Part shown: piece by piece, positions 17,919 to 27,719 of the stretch
Layout of the letters: every line of letters starts with the position of its first letter
Position numbering within the stretch: the stretch's first letter is position 1
Source: a virus
Length of the DNA stretch: 64,000 nucleotides
Virus record (IMG/VR): IMGVR_UViG_3300026292_000602
Coordinates: 17,968 to 81,967 of that record
Reading direction: 5' to 3' (one strand)
Notes under the pieces: model-generated
Databases searched by the model: none
Told to the model about the DNA's origin: nothing
What the model saw: only the letters and a program-made list of their open reading frames with translations
Position numbers and translations under genes: made by a program

Positions 17919-18881
17919 TTAATGAAGTCCGTTTGGAACTATTATATAATGTATTGCTAAAACTATTCCTACTGAAGCACCTAAGCCAATCATCATCTTA
18001 AAGAAGTCTTTTGCAATAAAAGGAAACACACCTTTGAACTTTGTTTTGTCTGTAAATGTAGCAATAGCAAGTTCACGTCCTGTTAACAATCCTACAAAGA
18101 CCCAAGTAGTTGACATAGGTATATCGTTAATCTCTTTAAAGAATAAAAGTATTACAAAGTAAAACAAGTCTATAAGACAAGCACTTCTAACATATCTTGT
18201 ATTGTGTTTCTCTATGACTATCTGTTGTATCTTACCGCCACGTTCTCTAAACATATAACCTAGCCCTAGTACAAATATTAATGATACCATTATCATCATA
18301 TCTATAGGAACTTGTCTAGGTAGGTAAACTGCTATGTTGGCCATGTCATGACTTAACCAAGTCCACCACAATACTCCTGTGGTAATCCATTGTCCTACTC
18401 GCCAATATGCTTTATGACTTTCTTTAACTGAAGCAGACTCGTCCATCACTTTAGTAATACCGTACCATATAGCATAAGCTGATACACCTGCTACTGCATA
18501 ACCCATCATGCTTTTCATAAGCATCTTCTCTAATACAAATGTACTAGCGAAAGCACTTAATACTAAAAATGATGTACTTACTGGAACGCCTAGTCTTGTT
18601 AATATTAATAGTAGTCCTGGAGCGGCCGCATGATACCATTGTACTTCCTGCCACGGTATCCTGTTCAGTCGTCCATATGAAATATCCCCTCCATTAGTAT
18701 ACCAACCATACCATAGAGCCCATAGCAGGACAGCACTTGCGGCTCCCCACATGATTTTCCAGTCATATCGTTCATTGTTGGATGCAATCCACGTACCTAG
18801 GGTTTGTACGGAATCGTTTGCGATGACGGAGTAGGCCGCGAATAAAAAGCCTATGGCCATCCATAGTGTTAATACTTCCAC
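17919..18881 (-). CDS. PiT-like (phosphate/sulfate permease) membrane transporter
   Basis: About 9 TM helices with internally repeated IANDSVQ/SHDMANI and PVSTS/PMSTT motifs resembling PHO4/PiT signatures. Confidence 0.6.
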   Translation of the reverse strand: MEVLTLWMAIGFLFAAYSVIANDSVQTLGTWIASNNERYDWKIMWGAASAVLLWALWYGWYTNGGDISYGRLNRIPWQEVQWYHAAAPGLLLILTRLGVPVSTSFLVLSAFASTFVLEKMLMKSMMGYAVAGVSAYAIWYGITKVMDESASVKESHKAYWRVGQWITTGVLWWTWLSHDMANIAVYLPRQVPIDMMIMVSLIFVLGLGYMFRERGGKIQQIVIEKHNTRYVRSACLIDLFYFVILLFFKEINDIPMSTTWVFVGLLTGRELAIATFTDKTKFKGVFPFIAKDFFKMMIGLGASVGIVLAIHYIIVPNGLH

Positions 18882-19141
18882 ATATACTCCTGTCTGAAGT
18901 TCGTATTCAAATATTAATTTACACTCTTATTTACGTAAAGTCAAGAAAAGTTTTGTTGCAGTTTGATTACAATGTTGCCAAAAGTCATTAGTTACAAATT
19001 TGCAATTCAGAGTTGCAAAAAAAGTGTAGCTTATTTGCTCAACTAACGCACAGATTTTATACGCAGATTATAAATAGCTATGTCGACGCAAGAGCTTGTC
19101 AAGTTTTTCCGATGACACACATACACACTGGGATTGACCAG

Positions 19142-19240
19142 GGAGTTGAGAGCACTCCTAAAATAGCAAATGACGATGTCCAAAGTGACATTGACGGTGG
19201 AAAAGACCACTGACGCCTAGAAAAGACTAGGGGTATTGCT
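19142..19240 (+). ncRNA. Candidate structured 5' leader RNA with three modular hairpins
   Basis: TGACG-ATGTC-CAAAGT-GACAT, TGACG-GTGG-AAAAGA-CCAC and TGACG-CCTAG-AAAAGA-CTAGG, closed by AGCAA/TTGCT and preceded by a GGAGT/ACTCC hairpin. Confidence 0.65.
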
Positions 19241-19272
19241 TTCCTTAAGCATCCATGATATAGGAGATAAAA

Positions 19273-19473
19273 ATGTCACACTTTTGGAGTGGCCTTGTGT
19301 CTTGGATGAATCACAAGTCTGTGAGTAATAGACGAAGTGAAGAGTTTGAGAAATGGGCCAAAACTGAATATAAGAACGATTGGTACTATGCATATAATCA
19401 TATGTTAGCCACCAATGGTAAACCACCCAAAACTACACTTGAACTTAGAAAGGATTATGTCAAATGCTTATAA
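19273..19473 (+). CDS. Small hypothetical protein
   Basis: Strong AGGAG RBS; WAKTEY..DW.YAY motif. Confidence 0.75.
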   Translation: MSHFWSGLVSWMNHKSVSNRRSEEFEKWAKTEYKNDWYYAYNHMLATNGKPPKTTLELRKDYVKCL

Positions 19474-19715
19474 TTAGACGTATAGTAAACTTTTGTGAGA
19501 TAGTAGGCTACGCCAGAGCGGCTAGTGAATTATCACGCCAAGGGTTTCATGATGAAGCTAAACACTTATTAATTAAGAAACTTGAGCTTCAAACTAAAAA
19601 AGAAACAGCGATTGTACGTTTAGAGAAGTTAAAAGCTATTAAGCGAAGTTATGATCCTTCAAAACATTATTTGAGAGGCAAACAAGTTGCTTTTTGGAAA
19701 GGTAAGGCGGCGTAA
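19464..19715 (+). CDS. Small hypothetical protein
   Basis: GYARAASELSRQGF; overlaps the upstream ORF. Confidence 0.7.
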   Translation: MLIIRRIVNFCEIVGYARAASELSRQGFHDEAKHLLIKKLELQTKKETAIVRLEKLKAIKRSYDPSKHYLRGKQVAFWKGKAA

Positions 19716-19716
19716 T

Positions 19717-19770
19717 ATGTGGCCTTATACTAACGAAGAAGCCGAATGGCTATCAGGTAAGAAAAAATAA
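19717..19770 (+). CDS. 17-aa peptide MWPYTNEEAEWLSGKKK
   Basis: ATG one base after the previous stop, ending just before the terminator. Confidence 0.45.
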   Translation: MWPYTNEEAEWLSGKKK

Positions 19771-19791
19771 ATTTATTTGTGTAAATTGAAT

Positions 19792-19823
19792 ATAGGGCAG
19801 TAGAAATACTGCCCTATTTTTTT
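19792..19823 (+). terminator. Rho-independent terminator
   Basis: ATAGGGCAGTA-GAAA-TACTGCCCTAT-TTTTT. Confidence 0.85.
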
Positions 19824-19830
19824 GATTAGA

Positions 19831-19941
19831 TTATTGTGCTACTTCTGGAGCAGGTTGACCTGTCCACATAGTATATCCGAATATAATTACAACTACTGCA
19901 ACTGCTATCCAGAACTTTTTTGATTTCATCATGTCTTTCAT
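19831..19941 (-). CDS. 36-aa single-TM protein
   Basis: Manual translation MKDMMKSKKFWIAVAVVVIIFGYTMWTGQPAPEVAQ* with a GGGGA RBS. Confidence 0.55.
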   Translation of the reverse strand: MKDMMKSKKFWIAVAVVVIIFGYTMWTGQPAPEVAQ

Positions 19942-20007
19942 GTTTTTCCCCTATAAGATAAAAAAAGGAGCAGTAAAACTACTGCCCCTAAATTAATTTA
20001 AGTTAAA

Positions 20008-20613
20008 TTAAAACGATACTGAAAATCCTACTGAAGCTTCAGTGTCTGTGGCGTTCCAATCCTTATCCATCTCTCTGTTAACACTCACTCTGATTGAGCT
20101 TGTTTCACTCAATGAAATTGAAGTTCCAACAGATGCGTATGAATCAGCTTGGTCAAAGTCTCTGTAATCACCTTCAAGTGATTTCCAGTCATAACCTAAT
20201 TCAACGAATGGTGTAAGGTTTGTACCCATTGATGTTTCAGCACCAACGAACGGAGATAATCTCAACTCGTCTTTAGCCATTGTGTCACCAGTGGTAAAGT
20301 GAACGTCACCACCACCGTATACATTCATACTGCCAATTGTGCCTAAATCTTTTTCGCCACCAGCTGTATATCTGTAATCAGTGTTAGTTCCATCATCGAT
20401 GTAAGCAACACCTACGTCAATAGTGTTACCGTTAGTGTGGATTTCAATAACTTGAGCATTATCGGCAAAATCACGAGTCGCTCCAGTACCAATTGAAAGT
20501 CCATATTTTTCTCCCTCAGCACTCATTGAGTAACCAGTATTATCATAGTTCTTTGATAACGCCGGAAAACTAAACAATGCAAGAGAGAGCATTACAAATA
20601 ATAATTTTTTCAT
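20008..20613 (-). CDS. Outer-membrane beta-barrel (porin-like) protein
   Basis: Signal peptide, alternating beta-strand pattern and C-terminal VGFSVSF (BAM-signal Phe). Confidence 0.7.
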   Translation of the reverse strand: MKKLLFVMLSLALFSFPALSKNYDNTGYSMSAEGEKYGLSIGTGATRDFADNAQVIEIHTNGNTIDVGVAYIDDGTNTDYRYTAGGEKDLGTIGSMNVYGGGDVHFTTGDTMAKDELRLSPFVGAETSMGTNLTPFVELGYDWKSLEGDYRDFDQADSYASVGTSISLSETSSIRVSVNREMDKDWNATDTEASVGFSVSF

Positions 20614-20775
20614 TATTATATTTCTCCTTAAGTCTTACTTTAATAAATTATATAAGTTATTGTTTGTGAGGATTTCTTGAAAACATCTTCACTACTATTT
20701 AGCCTATATAATATTTCGGCTGTGGCAAGATGGTTATTACCCGCTCGCCACAACCTGTTTTAGATTGTTCTTATA

Positions 20776-21009
20776 TTATTTTTTTGTGTAAATTGAATAT
20801 AGAACCCAAACTGCAACTAACCCAACTAAACCTTGTGCTGAGAAACCTGCAATTATTTGTTGAACGTTAGAAATAACGCTAATGTTTGGCCAGAACGGTA
20901 TGTTCTGTCCAGAAAATAGAACTTCTAGTACTATTCCTAATGCAAGTAAACTAACACCTACATCAGCTAATGCTGAAGCCCAATTTTTTACTTTAGTTAA
21001 GATATCCAT
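20776..21009 (-). CDS. Small two-TM membrane protein
   Basis: 77 aa, hydrophobic, AGGAG RBS. Confidence 0.7.
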   Translation of the reverse strand: MDILTKVKNWASALADVGVSLLALGIVLEVLFSGQNIPFWPNISVISNVQQIIAGFSAQGLVGLVAVWVLYSIYTKK

Positions 21010-21212
21010 ATGGATCTCCTTTCTAACTGTTATACAAATTCACTCTAACGTGAATTCGTGTAATATTTAAATACCAAATTCTCGAAGTAAACTGACCATA
21101 AATGGTCTAAGGTATCAGTTTTGGTGATCTAAATTGTTGATTTTTATAAATAAAAGTGTTATATTAGTATATAATATAGCAACACACACAAACACAGAAA
21201 AAGGAGACAGCT

Positions 21213-21503
21213 ATGTCAAATCAGAAAGATAATGTATCATCTAAGGTACAATTCAATAAAAACGGATACGAAATAAGAACAGATGTTTTGGAGATGGCCA
21301 AACAGTTCACAGAATTTGAATTTTCAAACAAGTGGATGGGCTGGGAACAAACAACTAAACGTAACAAGGAGACAGGCCAATTGGAAATTAATGTCAAGAT
21401 GCCTGATGTTCCAACAACTGATCAAGTTTTGGAAAATGCGGAGAAGTTTTACAATTTCGTAAACGGTAATCCAAAAGAAGAAACAAGCAACAAGAAAGAC
21501 TAA
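21213..21503 (+). CDS. Hypothetical phage protein
   Basis: NGYEIRTDVLEMAK...AEKFYNFV; AGGAG RBS preceded by a CA-rich tract. Confidence 0.75.
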   Translation: MSNQKDNVSSKVQFNKNGYEIRTDVLEMAKQFTEFEFSNKWMGWEQTTKRNKETGQLEINVKMPDVPTTDQVLENAEKFYNFVNGNPKEETSNKKD

Positions 21504-21704
21504 CGAAGAACAAAGGACCAACGGTATATTAGCATAATGACTAAAGAACTTTTATTAACGCCAACGTAGTAAAGACACGTAGGCATACGACTTAAAAAAC
21601 AGAATGCAAACCTACTCATAGAGAGGTCTATATATACATATAAAGGCGGGAGGCCTGTTTCATTTACTTGGAGCAGGCCTTTAATTTTCTATAAGTATTT
21701 AACT

Positions 21705-22523
21705 ATGGGAACACGCGGTATTAGTTCATTAAATAAAAAACAACAAGCTGAATTATTTGCTAAACTTACTTCAGCAAGGTCAGACATTAAAGACATACGA
21801 GCAACTAAAACACAGCTCAACAATCCCCCTATAAACTTATCTAACAACGAACTATTCGAAGAATATGTAAAAGATTTATCGTGGAAACCTATGCAGAATC
21901 ACGGCCTAAATGATTCTAAGATTGTACTTAATGCAGAAGACATGGATTGGCCAATGCAAGTCAGGGCTTACCTTAACCTAGTTAAAGACGTAGATATAAG
22001 TGCTAAACGTATCGTTGATATGGGTTGTGGTTGGGGTCGCGGTGTTAATACTATTGCAAAATATCACAATGTTAGTATAACAGGTATTGACAACGAAGAA
22101 CAATGTATTGAATATGCTAGACAACATTATCCACAACAAAGATTCCTACAAGGCGAAGAACTAAACCAACAATACGATATTATACTATCGATGTGTTCAG
22201 CTCACTTGTTATTTGAAAAGGGGTTCTTTAATACAAAGTATAATAGTACAATTATTGTTAGCGACTTCTTTGATAGAACTAGTATCAATGAGTTTAAAGA
22301 TGCAGTTGAAAAGAATTATACAATAGAATTAGAAGAAGATCAAACACAAGAAACAATTTCAGCTATGGAATATGATATAGCAACTATTGATGGTAGGTTC
22401 AAGGATACAATACCACAAGAAGCAATTAATATTTTTAGAGATATTCAACAAAGCAGACTCCATTTATTTAGAATGGGTGGGCAAAGACAATATAAATATA
22501 TACTATATGCTAAAATGGTTTAA
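21705..22523 (+). CDS. Class I SAM-dependent methyltransferase
   Basis: IVDMGCGWGRG motif I and ITGID motif II. Confidence 0.8.
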   Translation: MGTRGISSLNKKQQAELFAKLTSARSDIKDIRATKTQLNNPPINLSNNELFEEYVKDLSWKPMQNHGLNDSKIVLNAEDMDWPMQVRAYLNLVKDVDISAKRIVDMGCGWGRGVNTIAKYHNVSITGIDNEEQCIEYARQHYPQQRFLQGEELNQQYDIILSMCSAHLLFEKGFFNTKYNSTIIVSDFFDRTSINEFKDAVEKNYTIELEEDQTQETISAMEYDIATIDGRFKDTIPQEAINIFRDIQQSRLHLFRMGGQRQYKYILYAKMV

Positions 22524-22716
22524 AGTTTTAAAAGATTTTTGGAAACAATGCGATCAAGTCAGTAAAGAATTGCACCAGAATGGCTATCAAGTCCACTATC
22601 ATCACGGAGGAGTGTTTGTTCATCATATAGAGCCTCCAAAGAAAACTACCCACATAAATACTACAGATGATAGACTTAACAAAGTTCAAAGAAAAGATAC
22701 AAGAACTAAAAGATAA
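22507..22716 (+). CDS. Small His-rich hypothetical protein
   Basis: MLKWFKVL...HQNGYQVHYHHGGVFVHH; overlaps the hemA start. Confidence 0.4.
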   Translation: MLKWFKVLKDFWKQCDQVSKELHQNGYQVHYHHGGVFVHHIEPPKKTTHINTTDDRLNKVQRKDTRTKR

Positions 22717-23845
22717 CGGTAATTACCGTGTCTTTAACGATATACTCCGCGAGAGGGGAGATTATCCCAATGCGATATGGTACGGGAAGTACGCAATTAA
22801 AAACATTGTAAATTGGTGTTCTAATGATTATCTTGGAATGGGACAACACAAAGTGGTGCTCGATGCCATGCATACCGCCCTTGATCAAACAGGTGCCGGT
22901 TCGGGTGGAACTAGAAACATCGCTGGAACAAGTCATTATCATGTAGCACTAGAGCACGAGTTAGCCAAATTGCATAGCAAACAGTCAGCTCTACTCTTTA
23001 CATCAGCTTATGTGGCAAATGAATGGTCACTAATTGCTTTGAAACGTATCATTCCCGACATTGTGTTTTTAAGTGATAGCAAGAATCATGCTTCTTTAAT
23101 ACAAGGAATAAGACACAGTGGTGCTGAAAAGAAAATTTTCAAGCACAATGATCTAGAGCAATTAGAGGAACTACTGCGAGACGTCAAAGGAACACCTTGC
23201 ATAGTCTTTGAGTCCGTGTATAGCATGGATGGATACGTCAGTAAATTACCAGAAATTGTTGCATTGGCTAAGAAGTACAATGCCATCACGTACCTCGACG
23301 AGGTTCACGCCGTTGGCCTGTATGGTGAAACAGGTGCTGGATATTCAGCAAAGCTAAGATCACAGGATCAAATCGACATACTGAATGGCACATTAGGTAA
23401 AGCCTTTGGAGTTCAGGGCGGATACATAGCAGGGAAGTCTGACGTTATAGACGCAATTCGTTCTGTCTCCTCTGGCTTTATTTTTACAACATCAATGAGT
23501 CCAGTTATTTGTGCAGGAGCATTGGCAAGTGTCAAGTACTTAAAAGATCACAACGACCTAAGAGAAAAACATCAAGAACGTGCTAAAAGATTAAAGAATT
23601 TATTTAGAAACAGAGGAATTCCAATAATGGAGAACGAAACACACATTGTTCCGGTTACTGTGGGCGATGCCAAAAAGTGTAAACAGATTAGTGATGAATT
23701 AATAAATGAATATGGAATATATGTTCAGGCAATAAATTATCCAACTGTTGATGTAGGCACAGAACGTCTACGTTTTGCTCCGACTCCATTCCACACGAAT
23801 GCAATGATGCATTCACTATGCGATGCTCTAGAAAAAGTATTGTAG
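22667..23845 (+). CDS. hemA: 5-aminolevulinate synthase (PLP-dependent, C4/Shemin pathway)
   Basis: YRVF, WCSNDYLGM, GSGGTRNIAGT, NHASLIQGIR, FESVYSMDG, DEVHAVGLYG, GTLGKAFG, FIFTTS, INYPTV, ERLRFAPTP. Confidence 0.95.
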   Translation: MIDLTKFKEKIQELKDNGNYRVFNDILRERGDYPNAIWYGKYAIKNIVNWCSNDYLGMGQHKVVLDAMHTALDQTGAGSGGTRNIAGTSHYHVALEHELAKLHSKQSALLFTSAYVANEWSLIALKRIIPDIVFLSDSKNHASLIQGIRHSGAEKKIFKHNDLEQLEELLRDVKGTPCIVFESVYSMDGYVSKLPEIVALAKKYNAITYLDEVHAVGLYGETGAGYSAKLRSQDQIDILNGTLGKAFGVQGGYIAGKSDVIDAIRSVSSGFIFTTSMSPVICAGALASVKYLKDHNDLREKHQERAKRLKNLFRNRGIPIMENETHIVPVTVGDAKKCKQISDELINEYGIYVQAINYPTVDVGTERLRFAPTPFHTNAMMHSLCDALEKVL

Positions 23846-23862
23846 CAACACGAAAGAAAACA

Positions 23863-24282
23863 ATGAATAAAATAAAGAAGTATATGTATATGGGAATAGG
23901 TTTCCTGTGTGTGGGTATTGCTTACATAGGATTTATTACTCCTGGCATACCATTTAGTATATTCTTAGTCATTGCCGCTTGGGCATTTGCCAAAAGTTCT
24001 CCACGTATGGAGGCTTGGTTATATAATCACCCTTGGTTTGGCAAGTTTCTAACTAACTGGACTAAGAAAAGAGTATTCCCTACTAAAGGGAAATATGCAA
24101 TGATTCTAGTCATGGCATCAACCTTGGTGTTTACCTGGTTCGCAACAGAGAATCTTAAAGCTATTATGTGGAGCGGAGGCTTTATGGCACTCGTGGCTAT
24201 ATGGGCTTGGAGATACCCCGGCTCTGTCGAGGAACACTCACGTAGAATAAAAGCAGGCGAAAAAGTTGCCTGGTTAAAGTAA
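23863..24282 (+). CDS. ybaN: YbaN/DUF454 inner-membrane protein
   Basis: GIAYIGFITPGIPFSIFLVIAAWAFAKSSPRMEAWLYNHPWFG. Confidence 0.85.
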   Translation: MNKIKKYMYMGIGFLCVGIAYIGFITPGIPFSIFLVIAAWAFAKSSPRMEAWLYNHPWFGKFLTNWTKKRVFPTKGKYAMILVMASTLVFTWFATENLKAIMWSGGFMALVAIWAWRYPGSVEEHSRRIKAGEKVAWLK

Positions 24283-24528
24283 AGAGTATTTCTTTAACTT
24301 TTTAATTAAATTAGTCCTGCCAATGCCTAATGCAATGGCTGTTTTTGTTCTATTACCATCATAATGAGCAAGGTTATCTTCAATAGCCCTGCGTTCTAGT
24401 TTTTCTAATTCTTCAGGTAATGTTTTTTCTTGAAAATCGGGACCTGTAAACCACTTATCGAATTCATCAACGATTTCGTTCTGTTCACGGTAGTTTTTAG
24501 CTAGATCTGTCCACGAGATTTTAGACAT
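24274..24528 (-). CDS. Fis-like HTH_8 DNA-binding protein
   Basis: LEKLERRAIEDNLAHYDGNRTKTAIALGIGRTNLIKKLKKY. Confidence 0.8.
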   Translation of the reverse strand: MSKISWTDLAKNYREQNEIVDEFDKWFTGPDFQEKTLPEELEKLERRAIEDNLAHYDGNRTKTAIALGIGRTNLIKKLKKYSLL

Positions 24529-24691
24529 AATGCCTCCTTAATATGTGCCTCTAAGGGTCGCTAATAATATTTAGTCTATTAAGTACGCATTTAAATTAAA
24601 TAGGTACTAAACGGTGTAACTTTTGTTACATCTGATAAATAATAATACGAAGGGCACAACTCTACCAGATTAGGGATTACACGGAAAATAT

Positions 24692-25243
24692 ATGAAAATT
24701 AAAATGTTAAAACTTATATTGACAGTAGCAATACTTGGTTTATTTACGAGCAACCTAGCTTATGCTGAAAATACAGTAACATCTACTGTTACAGGAACAA
24801 CAACTGTCGATAAGACTCCACCAACTGCATCAGCACCAAACGTAATGATTAATAATCAAGATGTTTGTTCAACTGGTACAAGTGCCGCAGTACAAACCCA
24901 GGTGTTTGGTATTGCAGGTGGAACTACAATAAGAGACTTAAACTGTGAAAGACTGAAACTATCTAGATCATTATATGGTATGGGTATGAAGGTTGCGGCG
25001 GTCAGTCTATTATGTCAAGATGCACGAGTATTTAATGCTATGGAAATGGCAGGAACACCTTGTCCGTATAAAGGAAAGATTGGTATTGAGGCCGCTAAGG
25101 CTTGGGCTGAAAATCCAGAGAAACGTCCTGATTATGAGAAATGGTTAAAAGAAAATGATCTTGAAGCATACGAAAAAGAATGGAAGAATAAGGCAACTAC
25201 TTGGAGCATCGGTATTGGTGCTATTCTGTTGCTTTTACTCTAA
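24692..25243 (+). CDS. Secreted/membrane-anchored Cys-containing protein
   Basis: Signal peptide; PPTASAP...DVC...NCERLKL...LLCQD...GTPCP; C-terminal TM. Confidence 0.7.
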   Translation: MKIKMLKLILTVAILGLFTSNLAYAENTVTSTVTGTTTVDKTPPTASAPNVMINNQDVCSTGTSAAVQTQVFGIAGGTTIRDLNCERLKLSRSLYGMGMKVAAVSLLCQDARVFNAMEMAGTPCPYKGKIGIEAAKAWAENPEKRPDYEKWLKENDLEAYEKEWKNKATTWSIGIGAILLLLL

Positions 25244-27221
25244 TCCAACCCTAGCATACGATCAACAATATACAGTCGGAGGCACAGGACCCAATGGCGG
25301 TGTTGTAACTTCTGTGGCTGTAACTAGTGAAGTTACAGGAACTTCTACTTCACAGGTTGGTGATAACTTAGAAACTATTACTACAAACAAATATACAGAA
25401 ACAGTTGTAGAAAATGTAACTACAACTAACCAAATAACTCAAACGGTCATTACTGTAACTGAAGAAGATAAGTCTACAGGTGATATTATTACAAGTTCTA
25501 ACCTTAATAGTACTGGAGTAAACAGTCCAGCTAATGCTAAAGTAAATTGTCAATACGGTGATCCAAGTGCCCCGCAATACGGAGTTTTTTATAATGATCC
25601 AGCAGGTTGTGGACGACATACTGCCGCTTGGGACGACCTTCATGTTAAACAAGGTCCAGGGTCACACGTATATACAACTGACATGGATCATTGGATGACT
25701 CAGGAGGAAATGAATTATGGCTTTAGTGCTACTGCTAATGCAGAAATTAGAGATTCCTATCCCAACACAACTAACCCTACAACTTTTACAATTTCGTTAA
25801 AACTTTATGATCCAGACACAGGTGCTAATACAATAGAAACTAATACTTGGAACATAACGCACTCCTCCCACCAAACATATAGTACAACTTTAGATATTAC
25901 TACTAATACCTATGGTGAAAATTCACAGCTAATAGCAACATACCTTGCACAAGATCCAAGTTGGTCTACTCAGTACGGAAATCATGGCTGGTCCACAGAT
26001 GTAGAAAACTTTAACCTGATCTTAACTTATGATGTAATAGAATCAGTAGTACAAACAATTAATCAGACTATTGTAAATAGTGTAAGTTCTGCTTTAGAAA
26101 CAATAGAAAATGACACTTCTTTAGTTTATAGTCCTATTATACAACCAGGTACAGATACAAATACAACTCCAATGACACAACCAGTTGAGTCATTTGAAGT
26201 AGAAATAGCTAGTACCGAAGGTAGTGGAATGAATTTAGAATTCACTGTTGAGGTTGACGAAACAGCTGGTAATGTAAATGTTGAGATGGCTTCAACAAAC
26301 TTAGAAACAGGTGTAGTTACAATTGATGCAGTTGCGTCAATAAGTTTAGATTTTAGTGCTGACTCAGGTGGAACAACAACAACTGAAATGCAAGTTGAAG
26401 TGGCAACTGTTGAAGCATCAGTTGGAGCACAGGTAGGTGGAGCAATTGAAAGTGCAGTTGCAGAAGCAACAACTGAAATGCAAGTTGCAGAAGCAACAAC
26501 TGAATCAACATCAACAGAATCAACAACGTCGGCGACAAGTGAGGTAAGTACAAGTGAGGGGAATAATAATGAGTCGTCAACGCAAGAGAATGTTTCCGAA
26601 AGCGAAAGCTCAGAGAGTACAGAAACGTCTGAGTCGTCAACAGAAAACGTACAAGAGTCCAGTGAAAATGCTGAACAGCCAGTGGAAAGTAGTAACAGTG
26701 AATCAGAGGAATCAGCAGAGGGAGATACTGACGCTGATGGAGATTCCAGTGAATCAGAAACCGAATCCGAAACCGAAGATACAGGAAATACAGAATCCGA
26801 CGGGGACAAAGACGAATCTTCTTCCAGGGGAGAAAAGTCTGAAGGAAAAGACGGAGATTCTAAATCAGACAAAAATAACAAGGGGAAAAACGAAAAATCC
26901 AAGTCTGAGAAGAAAAAGATTATAGCAAAGAAAGTAGAAGAAGCTAAACAGAAGATTGCTACTAAAATACTAGCCGCAATGGCAGATACTTATAGTGCTA
27001 TTAACGAAACAACTAAAATTGCACTTATATCTAGCTTAACAGATACTAAATCATTCAAAGCATATCTAGACAAACAAAATTCATTACCATTAGATTGGTA
27101 TACTGATGTGCAAGTATATCAAGATATGCCTATGCTATTAGATCCAGCAGGCATACTATATGATATGGCACAAGACAAAATTATGGACGAAATGATCATG
27201 ATGCAATACGATTTGAACTAA
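25155..27221 (+). CDS. Large exported protein with Ser/Glu/Thr-rich low-complexity linker
   Basis: Signal-like segment, Thr-rich beta region, acidic tract, duplicated TTEMQV. Confidence 0.7.
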   Translation: MILKHTKKNGRIRQLLGASVLVLFCCFYSNPTLAYDQQYTVGGTGPNGGVVTSVAVTSEVTGTSTSQVGDNLETITTNKYTETVVENVTTTNQITQTVITVTEEDKSTGDIITSSNLNSTGVNSPANAKVNCQYGDPSAPQYGVFYNDPAGCGRHTAAWDDLHVKQGPGSHVYTTDMDHWMTQEEMNYGFSATANAEIRDSYPNTTNPTTFTISLKLYDPDTGANTIETNTWNITHSSHQTYSTTLDITTNTYGENSQLIATYLAQDPSWSTQYGNHGWSTDVENFNLILTYDVIESVVQTINQTIVNSVSSALETIENDTSLVYSPIIQPGTDTNTTPMTQPVESFEVEIASTEGSGMNLEFTVEVDETAGNVNVEMASTNLETGVVTIDAVASISLDFSADSGGTTTTEMQVEVATVEASVGAQVGGAIESAVAEATTEMQVAEATTESTSTESTTSATSEVSTSEGNNNESSTQENVSESESSESTETSESSTENVQESSENAEQPVESSNSESEESAEGDTDADGDSSESETESETEDTGNTESDGDKDESSSRGEKSEGKDGDSKSDKNNKGKNEKSKSEKKKIIAKKVEEAKQKIATKILAAMADTYSAINETTKIALISSLTDTKSFKAYLDKQNSLPLDWYTDVQVYQDMPMLLDPAGILYDMAQDKIMDEMIMMQYDLN

Positions 27222-27239
27222 ATACAAACGGAGAAAAAT

Positions 27240-27710
27240 ATGGCAGAAATAGAATATAAGGGCATAAAAGTTGGTGGTAGTAAACTATTATTAGTACTGC
27301 CATTAGTAGGTACTATTATTGGTGGTCTTTGGGGAGGCTTTGAGCTTTTCAATAGATACCAAATGATGGAAGAAAAGATTAATACCTATGTTGCTCCTGA
27401 TTTAAGCACCTTTGATAAGAAGTTAGCAACTGTACAAGCAGAGCTTGATATGGTACTAGAAGAAGTAACACTAGTGGCTGATGTAGCCAAAGAGCTTAAA
27501 AACGACTTACGTGGTGATGTAAGACGTATCGAAAAGATCGTAGAAGATGTTGAAAGTAGAGTTAAGAACGACAGTAGAGAACTTAACACAGACATCAGCG
27601 ATGCAATTAAAGACATCAAACAAGAAATGGCTGACCTTGAAGCGAAGATCGAAAAGCAAATTAAAACTGCTTTAGAAAATCCTTTAAGTAATATGGCTAC
27701 TACGAAGTAA
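27240..27710 (+). CDS. TM-anchored coiled-coil protein
   Basis: N-terminal TM, heptads, ALENPL C-terminus. Confidence 0.7.
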   Translation: MAEIEYKGIKVGGSKLLLVLPLVGTIIGGLWGGFELFNRYQMMEEKINTYVAPDLSTFDKKLATVQAELDMVLEEVTLVADVAKELKNDLRGDVRRIEKIVEDVESRVKNDSRELNTDISDAIKDIKQEMADLEAKIEKQIKTALENPLSNMATTK

Positions 27711-27719
27711 CTTTAAACT

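Noticed and set aside
19160-19213. AAAATA-GCA AAT GAC GAT (ANDD...) resembles a tmRNA resume region
   Set aside because: The frame ends GGKDH rather than in an Ala-Ala degron, and no tRNA-like acceptor or T-arm piece was found nearby.
16419-24282. Host chromosomal contamination or prophage boundary explaining the metabolic genes
   Set aside because: The genes are interleaved with phage-type ORFs and TAAATA promoters, composition looks similar to the flanks, and no integrase or host operon context is present. A read-level check is still advisable.
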